This document shows positions 18,428 to 27,268 of a stretch of 64,000 nt of DNA, one piece after another. Numbering within the stretch: the first letter of the stretch is position 1; each line of letters opens with the position of its first letter. Below the pieces are notes generated by a model that worked only from the letters and a program-made list of their open reading frames with translations, had not been told where the DNA came from and searched no databases. A program made the position numbers and the translations under genes. The stretch spans positions 66,881-130,880 of the forward strand of contig JAFMCU010000002.1 in assembly GCA_017857595.1 (NCBI GenBank), written 5' to 3'. The stretch comes from Thermoprotei archaeon. GTDB lineage: Archaea; Thermoproteota; Thermoprotei; Gearchaeales; Gearchaeaceae.

Positions 18428-19785
18428 TTCACAACCCCTCCTTTATATTCATATGTACCTAATTCATATTTTATATTTGCTTTTTTAAATAAAAATGCTA
18501 GCAAAATATGTACAACGAATGCTACTAATAAAGCATTTATTGCAGCAATACCAAGATCTGGTAATAGTAAACCTACAGCAGCACCTGCAGAGAATGATAA
18601 TAGTCCTACTAAGTTTACTTCAGAATACTTTTTACCTGGCTCTAATTTGAATCTTAAATATGGATCCTTGATACCTTCTAAATATGGCTTTACAATAAAG
18701 AACTCTGCAAATACTGAGCCACCTGCAGCTGGTAATAATGAACCTAATATCGTAATGAAGCTTTCGAATGGCGCTAATGAGGAACCTGCAGAATAACCCC
18801 AATATGCAGCTAATATTGTGCCTATTATTCCTACTATAATAGATGAATAGTCTCTCCTTATCGGTATTGCGTTTGTAAAGCTTAAGCTTCCGCTATAAAG
18901 ATTTACCGTATTTATTATCCATTGTCCTAATACTATAATTAATAATACGCCAACACCCATACCAAGCTTTAACATGTCTTCTGTAACTATTACACTTCCA
19001 GCCAGTAATACTATTGCAACTGCTCCAATTATTAATAAGGGGTAAAATACAAACATATGTAAAGCCCAAGCAACAGCTGCATCCCTAGCTTTTTTCGCAA
19101 ATCTAGTGATATCTGGGGCTATTAATGATCCTGCTATGTAAAGTCCAACAGTTGCCGTTATAGCTTGCGCAATTGTCATAGAACCACTTGGATGCGCTGT
19201 CCATACAGCACCCCAACCCCCATGTAAAGATACAGCTAATAATAATCCTACTGCGACAAGCCAAACATGTTGAGGTAATATAAAGTAGCTTAAAAAAGAG
19301 AGTGCTCTATATCCTATATATGTCGATATAATCATTAGGACTCCTCCCCAGAGCGCAGCCACCCATACCGAAAAGAATGGATTGTTTGGATATATTTCAT
19401 TCATTACAACCCCAAAAAACCAACTTTCAACTGCAAACCATCCGATCCCAGTTGTTACGGTTATTAACGCAAACCCAAATATTTTTCCTAACACTCTTCC
19501 AAATGGAAACCTCCATCCTACATATGTAGATAGTCCTGAATAGGCACCTATTACTCCTGTCAATGATCCAATTACAGTTAATATGATATTACCAATCATA
19601 ACAGCTAATATAGCATCTGAGAATGTTAAACCTCCACCTAATACGCCTCCTGCAAATATAACAGCAATAGCACCAAATGCTGCACTTAATGTTAAAAATA
19701 AATTGTACAAACCATACCTCTGTTCTTTTGGTACTTCTTCAAGGGAATAATCATCGAATGTGACTTTTGTTTTTTGCTGGGACAT
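18424..19785 (-). CDS. NCS1-family permease (cytosine/purine/uracil/thiamine/allantoin/hydantoin type)
   Basis: 453 aa, about 12 TM helices. N-terminal VPKEQRYGLYNLFLT...GA pattern typical of CodB/NCS1 permeases. Confidence 0.8.
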   Translation of the reverse strand: MSQQKTKVTFDDYSLEEVPKEQRYGLYNLFLTLSAAFGAIAVIFAGGVLGGGLTFSDAILAVMIGNIILTVIGSLTGVIGAYSGLSTYVGWRFPFGRVLGKIFGFALITVTTGIGWFAVESWFFGVVMNEIYPNNPFFSVWVAALWGGVLMIISTYIGYRALSFLSYFILPQHVWLVAVGLLLAVSLHGGWGAVWTAHPSGSMTIAQAITATVGLYIAGSLIAPDITRFAKKARDAAVAWALHMFVFYPLLIIGAVAIVLLAGSVIVTEDMLKLGMGVGVLLIIVLGQWIINTVNLYSGSLSFTNAIPIRRDYSSIIVGIIGTILAAYWGYSAGSSLAPFESFITILGSLLPAAGGSVFAEFFIVKPYLEGIKDPYLRFKLEPGKKYSEVNLVGLLSFSAGAAVGLLLPDLGIAAINALLVAFVVHILLAFLFKKANIKYELGTYEYKGGVVK

Positions 19786-19857
19786 TATAGAATATAATTA
19801 TACACATATATTTAAATATTATTATTTAAACTAATAATATTAAATTCGTAAACAAAT

Positions 19858-20949
19858 ATGGGCTACTATATAAAAAAAGAGGATGTTGAAGATCTTGTTG
19901 TGGGTGCAGCAATACTAGGTACTGGAGGAGGGGGAGATCCTTATGTTGGAAAACTTATGGTTCTTCAATCTCTAGAAAGAGGCGAAAAAATTGAATTGCT
20001 AGATATTGAATCTATTGAAGATAATTCGTTTGTAGTACCAGTCGCAGCTATGGGAACACCTGTTGTATTAATTGAAAAAGTGCCTAGTGGAAAAGAAGCT
20101 TTATATTCATTAAATCTAATCGAGGAATTTTACAAAAAGAAGGTCGATTATATATCTCCTATCGAGGCAGGTGGAATAAACTCTACTATTCCTTTAGTGG
20201 TTGGGGCTAAACGTAAAATACCTGTAATAGACGCAGATGGTATGGGCAGAGCTTTTCCAGAATTACAAATGGTTACTTTTCATATACATGGTGTAAGTGC
20301 GACGCCAATGGCTATTTCGGATGAGAGGGGCAATGCATCAATTCTTTCAACTATTGACAATTATTGGGCTGAGAAAATAGCAAGAGCTATAACTGTAAAG
20401 TTCGGGGGGTCTGCATGGATTGCAATTTATGCTACATATGGATCATTGTATAAAAAAGCATGTGTTAAAGGAAGTATATCGCTAGCTATAGAAATAGGAA
20501 AAACAATAAGGACAGCAAGGCAATCAGGTAAAAATATTATTGACGCTTTACTAGATGTTACGAAAGGTTATTATTTATTCAGTGGAAAGATTGTAGACGT
20601 CTCGAGGTTTAATATAGGGGGGTTTGCTAGAGGCGAAGCTAAAATTGAAGGTTTAGATGATTATAAGGGCTCAACTTTAATTATTCGTTTTCAAAATGAA
20701 AACCTTGTAGCTATTAGGGATAATGAAGTAATTGCAACTGTTCCTGATCTTATAACTATTTTTGATAAAGAAACTGTCAAACCAATTACGACTGAAAGAT
20801 TGAGGTATGGTTTAAGAGTTATAGTCATAGGAATACCGTGTAATGAAAAATGGAGAAATGAAAAAGGATTAGAAGTAGTAGGGCCTAAATACTTTGGTTA
20901 TAATGTTGAGTATATTCCTTTGGAAAAGAGAATAAGAAATTTTAATTAA
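19858..20949 (+). CDS. DUF917-family protein
   Basis: VVGAAILGTGGGGDPYVGKLM and PIEAGGINS...IPVIDADGMGRAFPELQM match the DUF917 signature. Confidence 0.75.
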   Translation: MGYYIKKEDVEDLVVGAAILGTGGGGDPYVGKLMVLQSLERGEKIELLDIESIEDNSFVVPVAAMGTPVVLIEKVPSGKEALYSLNLIEEFYKKKVDYISPIEAGGINSTIPLVVGAKRKIPVIDADGMGRAFPELQMVTFHIHGVSATPMAISDERGNASILSTIDNYWAEKIARAITVKFGGSAWIAIYATYGSLYKKACVKGSISLAIEIGKTIRTARQSGKNIIDALLDVTKGYYLFSGKIVDVSRFNIGGFARGEAKIEGLDDYKGSTLIIRFQNENLVAIRDNEVIATVPDLITIFDKETVKPITTERLRYGLRVIVIGIPCNEKWRNEKGLEVVGPKYFGYNVEYIPLEKRIRNFN

Positions 20950-20950
20950 C

Positions 20951-22522
20951 ATGAGTAAATACAAAATTGGGATTGATGTAGGTAGTACACATACAGATGC
21001 TGTAATTCTTGATGAAAACAACAATTTCGTTGCCGCTGCAAAGACCATGACTACTAGTGATATTACAAGTGGGATTATAAATTCCTTAAAATTAGTGCTA
21101 AATAAAGCAAATATTAGTAAAGATGAAATTCAAGCAGTTATGTTTGGAACGACACATATTATTAATGCAATTGTTCAAAGAAAAGGTTTGAACAAAGTTG
21201 GTGTTATAAGAATAGGTTTACCTGCTACAGAAGCTGTGGGGCCTATGGTTGATTGGCCCAAGGACTTAAAAAGTGCAATATACGGTGCCGATATTTTAGT
21301 AAAAGGTGGACATGAGTACACAGGAGAGGAAATATCTAGGTTTGATGAAGAATCTGTGATAAAAACCTTGCATAATTTTATCAATCATAATATTGAAACA
21401 ATTGCAGTAGCATCTGTTTTTTCAGTAGTAAACCCTGAGCATGAGAATAAAGTTAAGTTTCTTGCAGAGAGAATTTGTCCCAATATACCAGTAGTATTAT
21501 CTCATGAAATAAGCACTATAGGATTGATTGAAAGAGAGAATGCAACTATACTAAATGCTACTACCATTGGCGTAATGAAAAATACGATATCAAATCTTAA
21601 AAAATCGTTGAACGATCTCGGTTTATCACATGCTAAATTATATTTTGCTCAAAATGATGGCACAACTGCTTCGAGTGAATACATTAGCAAATTCCCTATA
21701 TTTACAATAGTTGCTCCAATTTCAAATAGTATCAGAGGGGCATATGTTCTCACAAATATTCCTAATGCTATTGTAGCAGATACAGGAGGCACAACTACTA
21801 ATATAGGAGCTTTAGTGAATGGCTATCCTAGAGAAGCTTTAGAAATTGATATCAGTGGAGTTAGAACGAATATACGTTCACCAGATGTTATAGCCGTTGG
21901 ACTAGCAGGCGGAAGTATTGTAAGTTTAAAAGAAAATGATATAAAAATAGGACCTGTTAGCGTTGGTTATAAACTAATACATGAAGGTATAGCTTGGGGT
22001 GGCAATATTTTAACAGCTACGGATGTAGCTCTGGGTATAGGTTATATGAATATAGACGATCCAAATTGTAATCCTTCTTTGATATTAAAGAAGTATGATA
22101 AGGAGATATTATTGAAAGTTTATAAAAAAATGATAGATATGTTGGAAGAGTCTCTGGATAGAATAAAAACTAGACCAGAGCCTGAAACTGTTATATTGGT
22201 AGGAGGAGGATCAGCGATGTGGCCTAAGAAGTTATCTGTAGCTAGTGAAGTCATACGACCAGAATATGCTCAATATGCAAATGCTGTAGGAGCTGCAACT
22301 GCTCTCATAGGAGCGACAGTAGAAAAAGCTTTTTCCTACGAACAAATTGATCGAAGTAAGGCTATATCTGAAACTGCAAAGGAAGCTAAAGAACGAGCTA
22401 TATTAGCTGGTGCTATGCCTACCTCGATAGAGATTGCTGAAGTTGAGGAAATCGCGATGCCTTATTTACCTGGAAACGCTGTAAAAATTAGGGTTAAAGC
22501 TGTTGGCAAGCTTTCTCTTTAA
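20951..22522 (+). CDS. Hydantoinase/oxoprolinase-family (HyuA-like, ASKHA fold) protein
   Basis: YKIGIDVGSTHTDAVIL (ASKHA phosphate-1 motif), ADTGGTTTNIG, LVGGGSAMWP. 1-nt spacing after the DUF917 gene. Confidence 0.8.
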   Translation: MSKYKIGIDVGSTHTDAVILDENNNFVAAAKTMTTSDITSGIINSLKLVLNKANISKDEIQAVMFGTTHIINAIVQRKGLNKVGVIRIGLPATEAVGPMVDWPKDLKSAIYGADILVKGGHEYTGEEISRFDEESVIKTLHNFINHNIETIAVASVFSVVNPEHENKVKFLAERICPNIPVVLSHEISTIGLIERENATILNATTIGVMKNTISNLKKSLNDLGLSHAKLYFAQNDGTTASSEYISKFPIFTIVAPISNSIRGAYVLTNIPNAIVADTGGTTTNIGALVNGYPREALEIDISGVRTNIRSPDVIAVGLAGGSIVSLKENDIKIGPVSVGYKLIHEGIAWGGNILTATDVALGIGYMNIDDPNCNPSLILKKYDKEILLKVYKKMIDMLEESLDRIKTRPEPETVILVGGGSAMWPKKLSVASEVIRPEYAQYANAVGAATALIGATVEKAFSYEQIDRSKAISETAKEAKERAILAGAMPTSIEIAEVEEIAMPYLPGNAVKIRVKAVGKLSL

Positions 22523-22554
22523 TTATTTTTTAATTTATTTTATAAAATAATACT

Positions 22555-23340
22555 ATGGTTCATTATCTTGTTATAGGGAAGCCAAGAATTGATTTACTTA
22601 AAGAGTTATGGTTAAAATTACTATCTGGTGAAATAAGAAGCTTGAAACCATTTGGAGATGCTTTACATTATAGCTTAATGTTAGCTAGATTTACAAAAGA
22701 TAAAAAAGTAGCTTGGGAAGAAGAAGATTTTTGCAATCCCCCTTTAGCTCAAGAACGTTCTCAAGTATTAGATCTTTATTTTGAAAATTTAGAAATAATT
22801 TCTGTAAGAGAAGGTGATGGATGGAAAAGAATTGAAGCCGAGTATCCTTTGTGGCCTATTTCTGTAGGCTTACCCGAAAGATTAGGTGAAAGACCTAAGA
22901 CGACTAAAAGTATGCCTCACCAACAAATATCGGATACAATTAGTAAAGACATTTACGATAGATTAACTTCGATGATTTTCTCTTTACCTAATATTAAAGA
23001 AGAATTGAGTATTGTTTCTGTTGAAGGTTCTAGAGCTTTATGGGTAGATGAAAATGTTCAGAATACAAGACGAGAAATATTGATAGAAGGTGTTGAATTT
23101 GCGCATGTTCATCCAATTTATGATGGAAGTTTACATGTATTGCTACCTTCAAGTTGGGCACGAGAAGTTGTTGAGAAAAAATGGGGTGAATATCATCCAT
23201 TATATGCGATCGGATATTTTACAAATCCCTTCGTAATGGTCTATGCTCCTAGAAATTTGGATGAACTTATAATAGTGTATGAAATAGTTTTGATCTCTTA
23301 TTTATATGCGATAGGAGAAAAAAATAATAAAGCCTGCTAG
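22555..23340 (+). CDS. Hypothetical two-domain protein
   Basis: Long ORF with good coding appearance. C-terminal EFAHVHPIYDGSLHVLLP...KKWGEYHPL resembles a small 'luciferase-like domain' family (weak recollection). N-terminal about 110 aa unassigned. Confidence 0.5.
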   Translation: MVHYLVIGKPRIDLLKELWLKLLSGEIRSLKPFGDALHYSLMLARFTKDKKVAWEEEDFCNPPLAQERSQVLDLYFENLEIISVREGDGWKRIEAEYPLWPISVGLPERLGERPKTTKSMPHQQISDTISKDIYDRLTSMIFSLPNIKEELSIVSVEGSRALWVDENVQNTRREILIEGVEFAHVHPIYDGSLHVLLPSSWAREVVEKKWGEYHPLYAIGYFTNPFVMVYAPRNLDELIIVYEIVLISYLYAIGEKNNKAC

Positions 23341-26108
23341 CTTAATTGTTTAGCTTTTTTTCTTAGAATCACCAATGCTATAATCACGACTATTATGGCT
23401 ATTACAGCAACTATTATACCTATAAGTAGTATATTGAATGAACTGTTAGCGAATAGGATTGTTGGAGCAGTAATCTTAACCGATATGTTTTTATTGGTAC
23501 TAGTAAAGTTTCCATTCCAATCATTAAATGTATATAAAAACGTATTTTCATTCACGGCTAAATTTAATGTTGTGTTCACCGGTAAGTAGATAGTTAAATT
23601 TCTGTTTTCTTCAATTATTCCAGAATGATTCAAGTAGCTATAAGTAATTGTCAAGCCAGTTGAAGAATATATATTGACTATTGCATAAAAAATGGCTTCT
23701 TCTATGATATATGAAGTTACATTAAGCATAATTAATTGATTTGTTCCATTATAAGAACCAGAACCTTCTCCTATCCATTTTATAAATTTCCAACCATTGT
23801 TTGGAACAACATTTATTATTATTTTATCATTTTCATTAAACCACCCACTTTTCACATTTAATTTAGCAGCGTCTGTTGGTATAATCGTTATATTCACATA
23901 ATATTGATGATAGAAAGTTATGTTATATAATCCATACGTGGTAACTATCACAGAATTTGTATTCTGATAACTTATCCATCTTTCAGTAGAATTAGAACCT
24001 ATTGCGGGATTGGATATAGACCAACTCGTATAAGCATCAAACCAATTAATAAAAATTTTATTAAAAGTGGTTGAGTTGTTTATTCCAAATTGTGTATAAT
24101 AAATGATCTGTGAAGATTTTGGAGGCTTTCCTATAAAATTCAAAGATATTTGCAATAAATATTGATGGTAATAAATTGTATTTACAGTAAGCGGCCTAGT
24201 TATAATTCCTGTGTAATTTTTTGAAATCCATCTTTCTTCTGAATTTGAATTCTGTAATGGATTCGTATACAAGTAAGTACTATTTGAGTCAACCCAAGCA
24301 TCGCTTGGAGAAATAGTGCTTACTCTATTACCAAATTCTTGAAATGTAACATTGGGAGGAATAAATTTACCACCACCAATTACAGTAAAATTGAATAACA
24401 CATGGTATTGATGGTAATAGTAAAAATGAAGAACTAATGAGCTATTAACAGTTCCATTTGTAATCTGATTTGTAATCCATCTTTCATTGCTATTCGATCC
24501 AAGTAAGCTTTGATTAACGTACCATTGACTGTTAGGATCTGCAGGATATTTAACTGGTTGAGGGGTTATTACAGCTGTTCTTTTTACGGATTGATAGTAA
24601 TAAGTTAGTATAGGATTTGAATATCCTGTTCCACCACCAATTACTGAATAGCTTACTTCTATATAGAAATTAGTAGAAACTTGAGCGATGTAAGTACCCC
24701 AACCTATACTACCTCTACCGTATTCTCCAGCTACCCAAACAGTATTATTATTTGCAGGATCTAATACAGCGCTGAAATAATCTCCATATCTGCATATACC
24801 CAAGCTGTTGCACGATGTATATTCAGGACCTGTACCATTCTTTATACTTGTAAAAGATTGAATATTATTTTGTTTATAATATAGCATAAGACTAGGGTAA
24901 TTGAATTGCGAAGAAAAGCCAAAAATTACAACTGGAAAGCTATTACCTATTAATCTCATAGCGCCATAAAAAAAGTAGTAACTTTGTTTAGATATGTCAA
25001 AATCTTGAACGACATTCATATTCGATGTATTGACTTGAATTGTTCTAATGCAATCTCTGATAATTGAATCACCTGGTGGAATACACGAATCTTCAGCTGT
25101 AAGCCAAATGTTACCATTCTGATAAAATATATCTTGTATTCTGTTATCACCCACATCGATTGTATATGTAGTGCCCAATTGTGGTGCTTCTTGTATATTC
25201 GAGCTCATACTGTTTATAGTTAAAAAGTATTTCTTAATGTTTAAGTTGTTTGGTAAGGAACCAGATATTGCAAATATTTCTAGTGTGTTGGGAAGATTAG
25301 TTTGTGTTGATGCCATATAAAATATATTCGATGAAGATATGTGAATTGCAGGTCTTATAGAGGCTGCATTTGTATCGGTGGTTGTATAGTATTCAACAGT
25401 TGAACCGCTTAATAATTGGCTCTTATTCAATATCCAATATTGAGAATATTCAAAAAAGTTTCCTAAAAAATCATTGGCTGTCACAACAACAAAATAATTA
25501 TTTATGCCTATGTAAGGTTGATCAGGAAAATAATTATTAGTAGCGCTGAGCCTATATACATACCAATTGCCCATAGGGTTATTTGTTTGAGAAACTGCTA
25601 AAAGAACAGAATTTAAATTTGCATCATATACGGACATGAAAAATCTATCTGTAGCAGGATCATAAATTATCCTTGGATCACCAATGCTTTCAGTATTAGG
25701 TATGGAGAAAACAGAGTACAATGAAATATAACTTAAAAAATTTCCATTTTTATCCCATACAGCCCCTAAAACATTAACTATTTCTACTATATAATTTAAG
25801 CTAACCGCTATTTGTACATCTGGTGGGACCCAGAAGTCTGCATTCAATCCATTATATCCATAATGTAGACCGTCAAAGGATTTCACTACAAAAATATTCT
25901 GGTCAGGAATTTCTGTAGCAGATTTCTCATTTTTCATGTTTATCGAAAGAAACATATCTCTATTATGATTGGCAGCGAGAGCATTATATTGATCTTTAGG
26001 ATAACCTTTAGAATTATCATTATATAGTTTGTAGCTAAAAGAAGAGGAAACAGTCAATGAAAAAAATAAAATTATGAAAACTAATGCAAATATGATTAAT
26101 TTTTTCAT
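23337..26108 (-). CDS. Large secreted, C-terminally membrane-anchored surface glycoprotein with internal repeats
   Basis: N-terminal signal/TM (MKKLIIFALVFIILFFSLTV). C-terminal TM plus basic tail (ILLIGIIVAVIAIIVVIIALVILRKKAKQ). Very many N-x-S/T sequons. Propeller-like N-terminal half (GDPRIIYDP, RYGDYFSAVLDP). Three ERW...YYHQY repeats and two InlB-B-repeat-like modules. Confidence 0.7.
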   Translation of the reverse strand: MKKLIIFALVFIILFFSLTVSSSFSYKLYNDNSKGYPKDQYNALAANHNRDMFLSINMKNEKSATEIPDQNIFVVKSFDGLHYGYNGLNADFWVPPDVQIAVSLNYIVEIVNVLGAVWDKNGNFLSYISLYSVFSIPNTESIGDPRIIYDPATDRFFMSVYDANLNSVLLAVSQTNNPMGNWYVYRLSATNNYFPDQPYIGINNYFVVVTANDFLGNFFEYSQYWILNKSQLLSGSTVEYYTTTDTNAASIRPAIHISSSNIFYMASTQTNLPNTLEIFAISGSLPNNLNIKKYFLTINSMSSNIQEAPQLGTTYTIDVGDNRIQDIFYQNGNIWLTAEDSCIPPGDSIIRDCIRTIQVNTSNMNVVQDFDISKQSYYFFYGAMRLIGNSFPVVIFGFSSQFNYPSLMLYYKQNNIQSFTSIKNGTGPEYTSCNSLGICRYGDYFSAVLDPANNNTVWVAGEYGRGSIGWGTYIAQVSTNFYIEVSYSVIGGGTGYSNPILTYYYQSVKRTAVITPQPVKYPADPNSQWYVNQSLLGSNSNERWITNQITNGTVNSSLVLHFYYYHQYHVLFNFTVIGGGKFIPPNVTFQEFGNRVSTISPSDAWVDSNSTYLYTNPLQNSNSEERWISKNYTGIITRPLTVNTIYYHQYLLQISLNFIGKPPKSSQIIYYTQFGINNSTTFNKIFINWFDAYTSWSISNPAIGSNSTERWISYQNTNSVIVTTYGLYNITFYHQYYVNITIIPTDAAKLNVKSGWFNENDKIIINVVPNNGWKFIKWIGEGSGSYNGTNQLIMLNVTSYIIEEAIFYAIVNIYSSTGLTITYSYLNHSGIIEENRNLTIYLPVNTTLNLAVNENTFLYTFNDWNGNFTSTNKNISVKITAPTILFANSSFNILLIGIIVAVIAIIVVIIALVILRKKAKQLS
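23889..24668 (-). repeat. Three tandem protein-level repeats of about 85 aa inside the surface glycoprotein (aa about 481-740)
   Basis: Each unit contains ...GS/NSNS(N/E/T)ERWI(T/S)... then (Y)YHQY(H/L/Y)V: SNSNERWITNQ..FYYYHQYHV; NSNSEERWISKN..IYYHQYLL; GSNSTERWISYQ..TFYHQYYV. Diverged at nucleotide level. Confidence 0.65.
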
Positions 26109-26144
26109 TTATAATTGAATAATTTAGTTGAATATATACTTAAA

Positions 26145-27245
26145 TCATTTAGAAGATAATATAACCACTAAGGAAGCTATAATTGAAACTAAAAAAGAAT
26201 AGAAATATGCTAAGTTTAAGTTATAAAGTAATCCCATAGCCAAGTTGCCAGTAAAAAAACCTATACTTCTGAAAGCTGATAATGTTCCCATTCCTTGGCC
26301 TTCCTGAGGATAAATTTTCGAAATAATTGTAGGTTCCAGTGTTTCAACAATTCCAACAGCAATTCCTAAAAAAGCAGATGCTAGAAAAAGCATAGTTAGC
26401 GATGAAAACAATTGAAATACAATGCTCCCCATTGCAGCTACAAAATAGCCAAAAGCGAGCATTTTTATTTCATTTCTTTTAATTCTACCAAAAATATATC
26501 CTGTAATAGAAGATACGATGAGAAAAACAAAATACGATAATGTTCCAAGATATGGTTCATTTGTTCTTTCAGTTACTGTAATTATAGGAAATCCGAACGA
26601 GAAATATCCGAAACCAAATAATGCTGTTGCAACCATAATACCGCTGAATAACTTTTTGTTAGCTTTAGTAAACTCTATTTTACTCTTTTTTATGATCGCA
26701 TTAACTGGAACTAATAAAAGCGTGCTTATTGTTAAATAAGCTATTGTAGTTAACATAATTAATTTAAGATCTACATCGAAAAATAGTGAAATAGTAATAT
26801 ATGCGACGGCTATTGTTGCACCGGCTATATCTAATGCGTGCAATATACCATATGCCTCTTGTCTTTCATTTTCTTCAGTCACACCTGTCATAAGGGCTCT
26901 TCTTGGTGGAGTTCTAAAATTTCTCATCCACCATCCCCAAGAAAATAAGACAATGGCTATGTAATAATTTTGTGTGAATACAATAAGAGACATTATTGGT
27001 ATCAAAGCATTACCTAAAATTGACATTTTCTTAGCTCCAAATTTATCTGCTAGAATACCTCCAATAAATCCAAAAATTGCTCCGATGCCGTAATTGATTG
27101 CTTCAGCTAATCCATATAAAGCAATTGGCGCGCCTAATATGTATACAAGATATATTGGGAATACGGATATTGCAGCTTGATATCCTAAATCAGCAAAAAA
27201 AGCTGAAAATGATATGTAAAGTACCTGATTCAATCTTTTTATCAT
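26145..27245 (-). CDS. MFS-type transporter
   Basis: 366 aa with about 10-12 TM helices. Loop motif LADKFGAKK after TM2 resembles the MFS signature (D-R/K-x-G-R-K/R). Confidence 0.75.
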   Translation of the reverse strand: MIKRLNQVLYISFSAFFADLGYQAAISVFPIYLVYILGAPIALYGLAEAINYGIGAIFGFIGGILADKFGAKKMSILGNALIPIMSLIVFTQNYYIAIVLFSWGWWMRNFRTPPRRALMTGVTEENERQEAYGILHALDIAGATIAVAYITISLFFDVDLKLIMLTTIAYLTISTLLLVPVNAIIKKSKIEFTKANKKLFSGIMVATALFGFGYFSFGFPIITVTERTNEPYLGTLSYFVFLIVSSITGYIFGRIKRNEIKMLAFGYFVAAMGSIVFQLFSSLTMLFLASAFLGIAVGIVETLEPTIISKIYPQEGQGMGTLSAFRSIGFFTGNLAMGLLYNLNLAYFYSFLVSIIASLVVILSSK

Positions 27246-27268
27246 ATCGATTAATAAGAATACCTAAT

